Translations under genes and position numbers: made by a program
Shown: in pieces, positions 1 through 11,169 of the stretch
How the letters are laid out: the number at the start of each line of letters is the position of its first letter
Position numbering within the stretch: position 1 is the first letter of the stretch
The notes under the pieces: generated by a model
Databases searched by the model: none
What the model saw: the letters and a program-made list of their open reading frames with translations, nothing else
What the model was told of the DNA's origin: nothing
Assembly: GCA_025201805.1 (NCBI GenBank)
Contig: MU619299.1
Span: 71,304 to 135,303, forward strand
Source of the DNA: Parasitella parasitica NRRL 2501
Taxonomy: Eukaryota > Fungi > Mucoromycota
DNA: 64,000 bases
Reading direction: 5' to 3'

Positions 1-815
1 AAAGAATGGCTTGTATCAATCAGGTCAGGTTGTACCGTTGTGAAGAGTTGAAATGGTGTGCAGTTTGATCTGATCTGATGGTATAGTGCCTCTGTGCAAG
101 AAAAGAGGTAGTGTGGAATAATATGACCTCTGCCTGAGAGAATCATTACTGTATCTGAGATAACTATCAATAGTATTTCTTGCAACAATAATGAAATCTA
201 TACTATTATGAATTGCCTCAAGCAATCCTTGAAATGCAGATAACAGGAATCTTAAAAACAATTACATCTGGTTATCTTGTATTGTAGAGTCTAGCAATTG
301 AGGAAGAAATTGGGACGTATCATGCATTAGCCGTTGACAGCAATAGACTAAGAAGTGGATGCTAACGTATTGTGCTTGTCAGTCAAATATGGTCGAATAA
401 ATAATTACCGAAAGTTTTATCATTGTAACTTATTTTCAAACGTGAGAAAATGAAAGCGACCCATTGGAAATACACATTTACAAATTATTCAAGGCTCTGC
501 ATGGTTTTAGTATGTGAATACGTCTACTGTAATGCGGTTCTTAGAGTCATCTAACAATGGGTTCATTTGAAATGATGATTACTTCCAATCCTCATAATCT
601 GAATCCCTCGTTTTTGAGCATTAAAAGCATCTGCATTTTTTATCAACGTTCATTAGCATCCCAAGGCTTTACTAACCAGGTTGCCGGAAAAACGTTTGCA
701 ATTACCACAAACCAAAAATCATAATTTTGGCCAAACATCTCATTCCTCGTAATAAAGATGCCATAAACATTGGTTTCTTTCCTTTCCCTTTTATTCTTAT
801 CAACTTCAATATACC

Positions 816-1553
816 ATGCGCTCAAGTGTTCTTTCCGCTTTATTCATTGCATCCGCAGTTTCAACAGCTCTGGGTGTTCCCGCTGCATCGTCTTCTCTAA
901 TAGAATCTTCTTCCGCTTCCAACGAGGCACAGCACGCTCGAGCCTCCGTTGATCCCAGGATCGAAAGGTGGGCCCGCATGAAGGTAGCTCTTCCTGATGG
1001 GTTGTTTCCAGAAGATGAAGTCGTTTTAGAGGAGCAGTTGCAGATTGTTCCGATGATTGTTGACGAACTGCCACAGCCGGCTGTGTCAACAAGAAAGCCA
1101 ATTGACAAACATCAACGTATCGACATTGAGCCTGCATATAAACATATGAGCTTAATGGGAGATGATGATGAGACAGAGCTTAACAATGTAATAGAAATTA
1201 CACCATTAGCGCCTGAAATCCAACAAAATTTTAGCCAACATCATGAGGCTTCTTCTAGCAGTTTGTATACAATGCTAGGCAGTATAAATGCATACTAAAA
1301 TATTTAAATAGATGTCAAGCAAGCACCTTCAGTTGAGGCAGGTAGACGGTATAGGAAATATCTTGGTGTAAGTGACAATGGCAAATCTCAAATTATGAAT
1401 ATCCCTACTTCAGCAAATACGCCAAATGTCAATGCAAGTGAGCAGGAGGAGCTTCAAAGTTCGGTACAGGCCAAAAAAATAGTAGGGTTAGACAAGCAAG
1501 GAAGAATGAGATATGTCGATGTTACATTTTACAACCGAGGCGGATCCAACTAA
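816..1553 (+). CDS. Secreted protein of unknown function (2 exons, intron 1261-1311)
   Basis: N-terminal signal-peptide-like MRSSVLSALFIASAVSTALG. GT..TACTAA..AG intron at 1261-1311 restores the frame and extends the ORF to TAA at 1551-1553 (ends ...GRMRYVDVTFYNRGGSN). Confidence 0.7.
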
Positions 1554-1627
1554 AGGCCATCATATTGTGATTATGTGAATTAGCAAATAAACAAGGAAAA
1601 GGAAGGGGGGGCGCTCGATTTTCTTTA

Positions 1628-2737
1628 TTAAGACAGGCCTTGTGTGTTTGCCCATTCAATGGATAAGGATGTGATGAGGCTTGCAGTATGATCGGGGATC
1701 TCGCAATAGAGAATGCCTGTCAAGATGTTATTTTGAACGTCTTGCCATTTCTTTCCATGTACATCTCTGTTCTCCAGCATCATCTGAGGATCGCTTAATT
1801 CCATTGCAAAGCGTTCATACATGACGCCTAATTCTGGATAAGGTTCTTGGTAGCCATTGTCTTTGATTATAGGTACGGTTTGGAAGTGAAAGCCAATATC
1901 TTTTGCAAAAGGCAATATCCCATGTACAACTGTGCCCGGCGCTATTGGTAATAGTCGTAAGCATTCAGTAATAAATAGTGTCTGGCACCACAGGGGGATG
2001 TTTCCTCTCACTAGGACGTCCCGCATATGACTGTACGGGTCTGTGTATCGAATGCCTAATGTATGTGTATAAGGAACAAATGTTCTTGCTCTTTGCTTTT
2101 GCTCCTCCTCCTTTTCCTCCTCTCGTCTCTTTGTTTCTATCGCTGCTATGTTGGTCTGCTCCATCATATCGTTGAACAAGTCGTTAAATGTGAGCGTGTC
2201 TATAGGTGCCAAGCTATCATCTTTGGTAAACAAGTCCATCGCATTGGTGAGTGTGCTGGGAGTTGGGTATGCCACAGGCTCACAAAATTCACATTTCTGT
2301 ATCATAAAAGTGCCCAGTGATAATCTTACAAATGACAGATTGAAATCATGTTTGGCAAAACAGTGTAGCATGCGCATTAGTAAATGCTCAGAGCGTCGTT
2401 GTCTGTATTCGAAAATATCCTGTGTAGACAGAGGCTCTGCATTGAAACTGTATGCATATAAGCCCAGCATATTGTTTTCGGTCCCTGGCAAAGGCAGCTC
2501 TGCTAATCTATTTGTCGGTTTTTTGTACTTGTTTTCGTAGGTGAAAATGTGGTAAGCTGGTGAGGAGACAGACGCACTGGTGGAACTGTATACATCTTTT
2601 CTAATCTGTGCTAATGCGTAGGTCCAGTGATCGCATGAAAAACAAGGTGCAATGCCCAACTGATGGTCCTGAACACTTGCACATTGGCATTTGGGATAGT
2701 CTACAATGACAGAATTCTCTGGCGTAATATTTTGCAT
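1628..2737 (-). CDS. Hypothetical 369-aa protein with Cys pairs and an E/K-rich coiled segment
   Basis: Long uninterrupted ORF with A-rich ATG context. Motifs CQC..CFSCDH and CEFC. No family recognised. Confidence 0.75.
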   Translation of the reverse strand: MQNITPENSVIVDYPKCQCASVQDHQLGIAPCFSCDHWTYALAQIRKDVYSSTSASVSSPAYHIFTYENKYKKPTNRLAELPLPGTENNMLGLYAYSFNAEPLSTQDIFEYRQRRSEHLLMRMLHCFAKHDFNLSFVRLSLGTFMIQKCEFCEPVAYPTPSTLTNAMDLFTKDDSLAPIDTLTFNDLFNDMMEQTNIAAIETKRREEEKEEEQKQRARTFVPYTHTLGIRYTDPYSHMRDVLVRGNIPLWCQTLFITECLRLLPIAPGTVVHGILPFAKDIGFHFQTVPIIKDNGYQEPYPELGVMYERFAMELSDPQMMLENRDVHGKKWQDVQNNILTGILYCEIPDHTASLITSLSIEWANTQGLS

Positions 2738-2806
2738 GTTTTTTTTTGTTTTTTGTTTTTATTTATCAAATGCTTTTAATGAAGCAAAACAAAGAAGAGG
2801 AAAGGA

Positions 2807-4851
2807 CTAAGCATCAAGCGGGACCTTAATCGTGCGCATAAAAGAATTAGTAGTCATTCAGCAAGATCCTGTTGCTAATACTGATACTTACAGCATCATC
2901 ATACCACCATACTTTAACTGTTTGGTCGTCGCTACAGCTTGCAAGCATGCCTTGTTTAGCATTCCAGGCCGCATCGTAGACCACTCCCGAATGGCCGCGC
3001 AATTTCTGTAAAACCTCACCTGTATCTTGATCCCAAATATATACAATGCCATCTTCACTGCCCCCCACAATCAGGTTGTTGTCTGCAAAATTGGCCCGAA
3101 CGAAATTCTTTGAAGTGTTTTGGTGTCCCTTCAACTTGCGAATAGGCCGCACCATACGAACATCCCAAAGACGATTGGAATTGTCCTTGGAACTGCTTAA
3201 AAGTAAAGTGCCGCTGGAGTTCATCTCGACTGAAGTCACCTCGCCCAGATGAGACGAGATGGTGCGGATGCATAAGCCAGACACAATATCCCAAAACTTG
3301 ATTGTATTGTCTTTTGATCCGCTAATAACTAGATTGCCCAACGGATTAAAGATAGTCTTGGTCACAGCCAGTTGGTGTCCAGGGAAGGTTTTGATGATGG
3401 CCCCCGTATTGACATCAAACAGCCGCACCGTTTTATCGTACCCGCCAGTGACTATATGGCTTTCGTTTGGATGATATCTCACTGAATAAACATCACCGGC
3501 ATGTCCATTTAACGTGGATACACACGACGCTTTTTGCAGGCTCTTTATATTCCAAATTTTGATACTGGAATCTCCACTCGCACTTGCTACGAAATCGCCC
3601 GCATGCGTCGTAGTTAAATCCCAAATTCTGGACCGATGGCCCTCCAACACATCCAAGCATTTAGCAGATTCTGTATCCCAAACCCGCAACGTATTGTCGC
3701 TAGAGCCTGACACAATTTTTTTACCTTCTTGACCGATGAACTCCAAACATTTGACATTGCCTTGATGGCCCGTCAGAGTAGCTCCCACCGCATTGGGTAT
3801 CACAAAACTAGTATAATCATCCAGCAACGAGTTGACAGTAGGTGCAATTTTTGGATGGTATCGAGAGAATTCGATTTGATATGCAACTGCTTGGCGTAAT
3901 AAGCCCAACAATCGGTCGGGTGGGATGTGTCGATTACCTGTGCGATCTGCATTTTCAAATTCCAACATGCTTTGAAGCTGGTCGACAAGGCCTTCTCGCG
4001 CTGCCATGATACCTTCCCACTGCGTAAAACTAGGTGCTTCATGGATAGATTTGGCTGTGAGCAAGTAGCACATGTCTTTGAATTCGTTGGGTTTTGTTTG
4101 GAAATGCTCAAGCGGTTTTAGTCTTTTGTTCAAGAACGTAAATGCCTACATGTGCATGGATCAGTTTGTATGGTTGAGTTGATGGGATGCGCACACAAAT
4201 TTACCTTTTGAATTTCACGCCTCTCCAGATACTCTAAATATTGCTGCTTGTATACAGAATATAGAAATGATCTATGGTTTTTTACTAGTGGTTTTGTACA
4301 TAACTTCTCTACTTCTTGCCAATCGCCGTCTAAGGAACAAGTGTTGGTGTTGCGGCTCGAATTAGTCATACAAATCGCAATGTTTACCTAAAATTGCCTT
4401 CTTTAGTCGCTTCACTTCTAACGTGCGTTCTTCTCTTTCCTTCCATTTGACATTGGTTTCATCACACAAGACAGACTGGGAAGCATGGTATCCCTCGTCT
4501 TGCAAGTACTGCATGATAATGGCAATGATGTCTTCTTTGATATGAGGATCGTTTGCGTTGAAAATATCATCCGTAGGCTGGATGTGTGAGCTTTGCATGC
4601 CAATGTGTTGGCTGTAGGTTGCCAAACTACGGTTCTGTGGTTAGCGTTTGCGATGCGCAAATCATTGACACGCACACACACCTTCTGCGTTTCTTTGCAT
4701 TTTCGCTCTGAGAAATACTGCTTCTGTTCAGGATAACAGATACTGTGTCGACAACTTGTTGCTCCTCTTTGGCCATCGCATCGCTAATTTCTTCTCCTTC
4801 AACTAAAGCATTTTCAATCTCTTGTTCTTGGTTTGTAAAACTATTATCCAT
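2807..4851 (-). CDS. LisH-CTLH-CRA + WD40 protein, WDR26/Gid7-like (5 exons)
   Basis: LisH (EDIIAIIMQYLQDEGY), CTLH (ILDGDWQEVEKL..KQQYLEYLE), PPDRLLGLLRQAVAYQ, then about 7 GH..WD repeats. A final intron (GTAAGT..TACTAAT..AAG) gives C-terminus WWYDDAVPLDA with stop at 2807-2809. Confidence 0.88.
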
Positions 4852-5015
4852 ATGAAATTTTGGTTGGAGACCAAGTAAATACAGTAGAAAAAAAAATACG
4901 AAAAAAGGAAAGTCAGTGTCAATTGGCAAATTCCAAGCGTCATTTTCACCACCAACATTACAAGCACGCAAAGAGACTTTTTTAATGTCGCTAAATTTCA
5001 CTACACTCCAATTTA

Positions 5016-5975
5016 TTATTCAAAAACACTAAACTCATCTTCATCTGCCATCACTTGGTGCGTAGGCTGAAACTGTCGACGATACCTTAATCTAATTTGG
5101 TTATCGTTTGCCATGGGAGGAATTCTTTTGCCTTTACATCCTTGGCATACGGGAACGCACTTCCAGCAGTGTTCGAAACGATAACCGCATGACCAGCATT
5201 GAGCCTCGACACACAAAATTCGTTGACAGCGATCTACCCTATGTTGTAGCCGAGAATCACCTGGCCACTGCTCCTGTCTATTGTGTTCCTCCTGCTGCAT
5301 TTGCAATCTCTGGATTCGCTGTTCCAACAAACTTAGCTCCTGTTCAAGCTCGGTTTCTTTTTGATCTTCGGGCAAATAGCCGCAATGTTTGATATCTAGC
5401 TCCACATGAGGGTGGATTGATAGCTTGTTCCATGTCTTTTGATACGCCAATAAATGAGGTTCAAAATCCATGTAGTAGTGGTAAATGTTGAGTTTTTCGA
5501 TTGGTAATGAGTTGGGTTTAAGAGACTCGAATTTAAGCATTTCCTGTAGCAATTTGATATCGACTTCCAAATTGGTGTTTTCTTTACGATTTTTAGCACT
5601 AAGCTTCCGCAAGAGAGGAAACTTGATGAGCATGATGATAGGTGATAGGTCAGCATCGTCATTGTCGTCCATAATTACCTGCTGAATTGTTTAATTTTTT
5701 ACGTTATAATCGAGTGGAATCAGCCGCACTACCTCTGTGACATGCTGTCTTAATCCATTGGAGTCGTCTAATTTTCGAAGTGATGAGTAGATTCGGTGCA
5801 AATCGGTTGAATGATTCAGATCAAAGGTGATCTTCCTCCACAAATATTTTGAGCATAAAAACATGCAGCGCATATGTCTACATGTATCCATCAGACTTGT
5901 GTTGGAGCAAAGGTCTAGATTTTGACTAATATTTGCAATAATGTCGTATGGCAGTGCCAAAATTGTTGTAGTCAT
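5016..5975 (-). CDS. F-box protein with C-terminal Cys-rich (probable Zn-binding) region (2 exons)
   Basis: ILALPYDIIANISQNLD..LMDTCRHMR..LWRKITF F-box motif. Intron about 5682-5731 joins it to ORF 5016-5672, which carries CQRILC..CWSC..HCWKC..CQGC. Confidence 0.8.
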
Positions 5976-7358
5976 GTCTGCAGTAAAGAAATGGAAGCGT
6001 TCAGCTGTTCCTTGGTAATCAAGACATTTTTGTTGTGACATGTAAATGAATTAATAATCATCAAACATTAGGCCAATGAAACACATTGACCAATTTATAA
6101 CATGCATAATGAACAATGTATGAAGCGAGGCCTGGCCAAGTGAAACTGATATAGTTTGAGTGAAATTGGCCTAGTTTAACTAAAGCACGGCTAGGTTAAG
6201 TAGCATTGACTCAGGTTAGTCGATGCATGGCCAAGTCAAGTGAAATGAGCTTATATAATGACAACCATATCCGCAGCGGGATTGTAGTTCTTTAGCCTGT
6301 CATAATCCTCAAAAAAAAAAGAGAGCAACGAAAAAAGATTGTTGTCAACGAAGAGATGCCATAGTGTTTGAACTGACAGAAATATATAAAGTAAAAGGTA
6401 TTCGTGAAGCAAGCGCATTACTCCAATTTCATACCGTATTATGGCTGCATAGCCAATGTTATGGCATTTAAATCATAATACAATTACAAGATTACTTTTT
6501 TTTATTGCTATATTTGTCTTCCAATCTTTTGATTGTCCTTCTTTTCGTGTTAAAACCTTCCAATATTAAAGACTATCTTAATTTTAAGACCACTGACGCC
6601 TAAAACGGACTTTAAAACATTCGTTTATTTTTTCTTTCAGATAGGCTAAATCTGCCAAAACGAGATCCAGAGTTTACCTTTTCTCATTATTTAAGGAGGT
6701 TCTCAATAGCTAAAGAAAAAACAAAAATAAACACATATACTATTTTTTGAGCTCTACAAACTGATATAAATTTAAAAAAAATCCTAGTAAAAAAAAATTC
6801 AGCTAATATTATTTATTCAAAAAAACGTTTTTTGCCTCAAAATCAATACTTTTGTATTTGATTTTTTTAAAAGCTTCAAAATAGCTTATATTGCTTTGAA
6901 AAACTATTTCTTTTACATTTCAAGCTATTAAAAAGCAGTTTTTGGGATGAAAAGTTGAATTTTCGTGAAATGTCGAGTTTTCATGAGGGGTCATAAGGGT
7001 TTTGTTCGCCTGCAAAATAAAATCTGGATTTGAATACCGCGCCTGCTTGATTAAATCTAATGTTGGTGGTTTACTTGACCATGGCGCATATAAATACAGC
7101 AATAAAAATTGTTGGATTGAAATAGTATCCACTTGACAATACTAATTTTTTGAAGAGGCATAAAGCTAACATTTTCGGTTTTTGTACGCGGCAGCATTTT
7201 TATTTAATGAGGCCCAAATTTTTAACCTGGGCCAATTTTGCCCCATTGTGCTTAATATGGCCCGAAAAAATCCTTTTTACGTTTTTTCTATATAACTTTA
7301 CTTGTCGTATAGTTGGAATAGGCTTGCACAATAACCACCAGAAATCAATTGTTATGGG

Positions 7359-7393
<35 letters not shown>

Positions 7394-9675
7394 ATCTCTT
7401 ATGAAGATGTCAGATTTTAAAATATACTTTAGATCGGCAACCAAACTGAAATAATGCAAGGATATCGTAGCATACCTTTAGGGCTGTCTCCTACATATTT
7501 GACCTTAGATGGATAAGTGACATACTAACAGTTGCTTGATTGTGCATTTGCTCTCTAAAGTTGCTTTTTGTGAATTCTTTTTTCTGGGCATTATTTCTGC
7601 ATGCTTGATCTGGAATGGATGTGTTGTATATTCAAACTTATATTGATTCTGCGTGGTCTATTCTCAATTAAGATGCGAAAAGTAAAGTTCAAGAATTAAA
7701 AAAATCACGAGTCAAAAAATTCCACGGTGCGATATAGTGTTTGGTGTGTATGTGAAATTAAAAAATTCGTTCACTTCCATGTATAATTTTTTTACATGTT
7801 AGTTGATTCAGGTACAGATACCATTTCCACTTATAAACTAAAATTCTTCGTCTCTTGACAACTATCAGTAAAGAACAAGATAACGTTAAGGAAGATACTT
7901 ATATATCAAAGAATAACAATAAATGGGACATTAGAAAAGCATATAGATTGAGGTAATGGCTTCTCTGTGCGCATAACAATATATTGTGTCACTATAGAAC
8001 GGTTTGCGTTTGATATCGCCTGAATCAAAGAACTCTAGCAACAGAAAGTTAGGCCGTCTGCCAGATACACTACTTGACTAATATAAATGGAGTTGAGATA
8101 TAGTCAACTATAGTACCTGTTATTCCACTTTCAGAATGAAAGGATTTTGGCTTATTTTTCATTACATTTCGCTGTAATTCCAAAAATACTATATCGGGAC
8201 GAGTAATATATGCATATGCAAGCTAGGAATAGATAAATACGCAGAAAAAAATAGTGCTGCCCTCCTGAGATGTAGCAACCAAAGGATTCATTACACTTTT
8301 TTGTTGATTGTTCAATTATTGTTGTATCCATTAAAATCTGTAACTTTTTAACAGCGTTGATACCTATTCAAGTTTATTTGACGTTCCATCTGGTGGAAAG
8401 ATTGAAGTTGGAACTGTTGACATACAGCATTTGAAATAGCAGCGTCGCAGAAAACGCATTTTTATGATACTGAAAACGCATGTTTGGTTTCTAACTAATT
8501 GAACTTGTTGATACATGTATTTTACATGAAGAATTTTATCTCAATGGTGGAAAAAAAAACCCCCCAGCAAGGTGTCCATATAAAGAAATTAATTGTGAGG
8601 ATCAGTCGATATTTGAGTCAAGACATTCTTTAAATGATATCACTTGTTGGGAGATATGGAGATGTAAATGAAGAAAAAAAGCGATGTCTCACTTTCTGCT
8701 GGGTAAGTTTATTACTAATACTATTTAGTCTATTGAGGAATGTGTTGAATGTTCTGGGCCAGGTATACTATAAATTACTTCATATGATGCAATATGCATA
8801 TATTGACAGAAGATCCCTCTTATCTTATTCACTTTCTATCGCAATGTAATTGTATCGGGGGGGGGGGAGAGAGGCCTGTATTAAAGATGGTAACACATTT
8901 TCGTGGCCAAAAACGAATTGTGTCTTTGCTTATGCTTGCACTTTCTCTATTTGTATAAACATAATAATTTCTGCATGTAAACAGTCTTCTTTCAGTCTGT
9001 AGTTTCTTGAAGGAATTTGTCATGTGTATGCGTGTATATAGTCGATGTCTCAAACATCGAAATATTTTATATTCGACTAAATCGCAAAATACCGAGGTAT
9101 TGGGCTAGTATATCGGGACAGCCTCTTCTTTTGCAGCAGGTAGATCGGCAATAAACACTGTGATTAAGGAGAATGCAGGTCAGTATTGCTTATTGTGCTT
9201 AAAGAAAATCTGTCATTAGGGCGTTACATACTCAATGCCATGTCAAGCATGAACGAGGGATTTAACCATTGGCATTCTTATTTTTTTCTCTTTTTTCCTT
9301 GGGTCTACGGAATAAATGTTAATTTCCCTAACTTCTGTGAAACAATATAACTTGTTGCTAAACCTCACGAATTTGGATCGACACAATGTGTTCCTCATAC
9401 CTTACATATATATACACATTCTCTAAAAGAGCATAAATTAAACATTTCTCGGACTCAAAGCGACTATTTTCTAATATAAGATACTATAGGAGATGGTTTG
9501 ATATTTTGCCTCTGTTTCTCGTGTCAATTCCCCCCCCCCCATTTTACCCCTTGATTGTTCACTCCTTCAAAATCGACCAGAAAACTCTCTTTTTAAAAAA
9601 CAACCTTATTTTTTTTATTTTTTTCATGCATATAATAATTCATCTTTCTCTCTTGTTACATCAATTATAATAAAA

Positions 9676-10919
9676 ATGGATATCAATATGGATAATGATT
9701 GCCCGAGATATCGCCCATTTGCCTCATCGACAACACATCGCACTTCCAAGGTCAAGAAGGCCAAGTACTCGACTTCGTTGGATCCCAGAGGCTACATTCC
9801 AGGTAAGATCCAGTTGTCACCCACGCTTCGTACATTAACAGGTTATCAAGTGTATGAATATCTAATCAATGGACAGCCTATCATGTGGGACAGAGAGTCA
9901 GGTTTGTATCTCTACAGCTTTATGTTCTGTCGGCTGCCCATGTAACTGAAATACAACGTTGCATTGTTAATTAGGCTATGTCCATTTTACCGGTATCTGG
10001 AAAGCGTTGGGTAATTCCAAGGCGGACATTGTCAAAATGGTAGACTCGAATCCCGAGCTCAAGGTTAAAAAAATTCGAGGAGGCTTTCTCAAAATACAAG
10101 GGACATGGTATTTAAATATAACTGGTGTATTATTTTAAACTTGCATCTTGTTAACAGTAAAAACGTAGGATCCCATATGAATATGCGTACTTGCTTTGCA
10201 AGCGGACCGCCTGGATGATTCGTAAAGACCTTGTATCTCTATTTGGACCACGCTTTCTTAATGACGCACTTGATCCTGCGCATCCTGAATATGGCTGTCT
10301 CTTGCTGGACCCAAAATACAATAGAAAAGGCATGAACAATCGACAAACAACCATGCGCCAAGTGATCCATCATCCTTATAGACGAGGAGATTTCATGCGT
10401 CGAAATTCGCGGGATAAGCCCAGCAAAAAGAGCGACAAGATTATATCTAACATGTCTTTATCGAGATTACTGAACTCGACATCGACAGCGGATCAGCATC
10501 AGGAAGAAGATCTTGCGTATTCAGGATCGCCAAACACGACGCCCTCACCAACATTCCAAGTTGTGCCTCTTCCAATAGCTTTAAAGGAAACCAATATATT
10601 GCCGCCTATAATTACTGATAACAATGACAGAGGATTGCCTGAGCCTCGCATCACGCCAATTTATAGCCCATCCACATCATGCTCTAGCTCTTGGCCATCA
10701 CCGAGCTCCCCCCCTGCGGCTTCGGGCCTGATCCTGCCGTTAGCAGCAGCTACGCAGACATACTCTAAAGACATTGTCGATACCATCAACGCAACAATAC
10801 TTTTACAACGCCTATCACAAGACGATGGTGCCCGCCCATTCAAGTCTATGCATCTGGATTCGATACCAAGTAAAGTGATGGTTGGCAACCAAGAATTTAG
10901 AATTTGCTGGGATGATTGA
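9676..10919 (+). CDS. APSES/KilA-N domain transcription factor (Xbp1-like subgroup), 4 exons
   Basis: Introns 9803-9850, 9902-9974 and 10108-10168 assemble YSTSLDPRGYIPVYEY..IMWDRESGYVHFTGIWKALG..KKIRGGFLKIQGTWIPYEYA, a typical APSES core, followed by an S/P-rich tail. Confidence 0.92.
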
Positions 10920-11169
10920 TATCTGAGACATATCTCTTGTACATACACTACGCTCTATTATATATAATTTGCCATCACTCCATTCCACAAAATTCTACGC
11001 CAAAGTCTAATTGCTTTTAAAAAAAAATGTGTGCATTATTTTATTGCTGAATAAATGTTATTTTTTGCTGCTTGGAATGGTATACGGTAGCATCCAGAGG
11101 ACTGGTATGCGGCTGATTTTATAGTGTCCATGACGACTGTGCATCAAACAGCCTTTTTCTTCTACTAAT

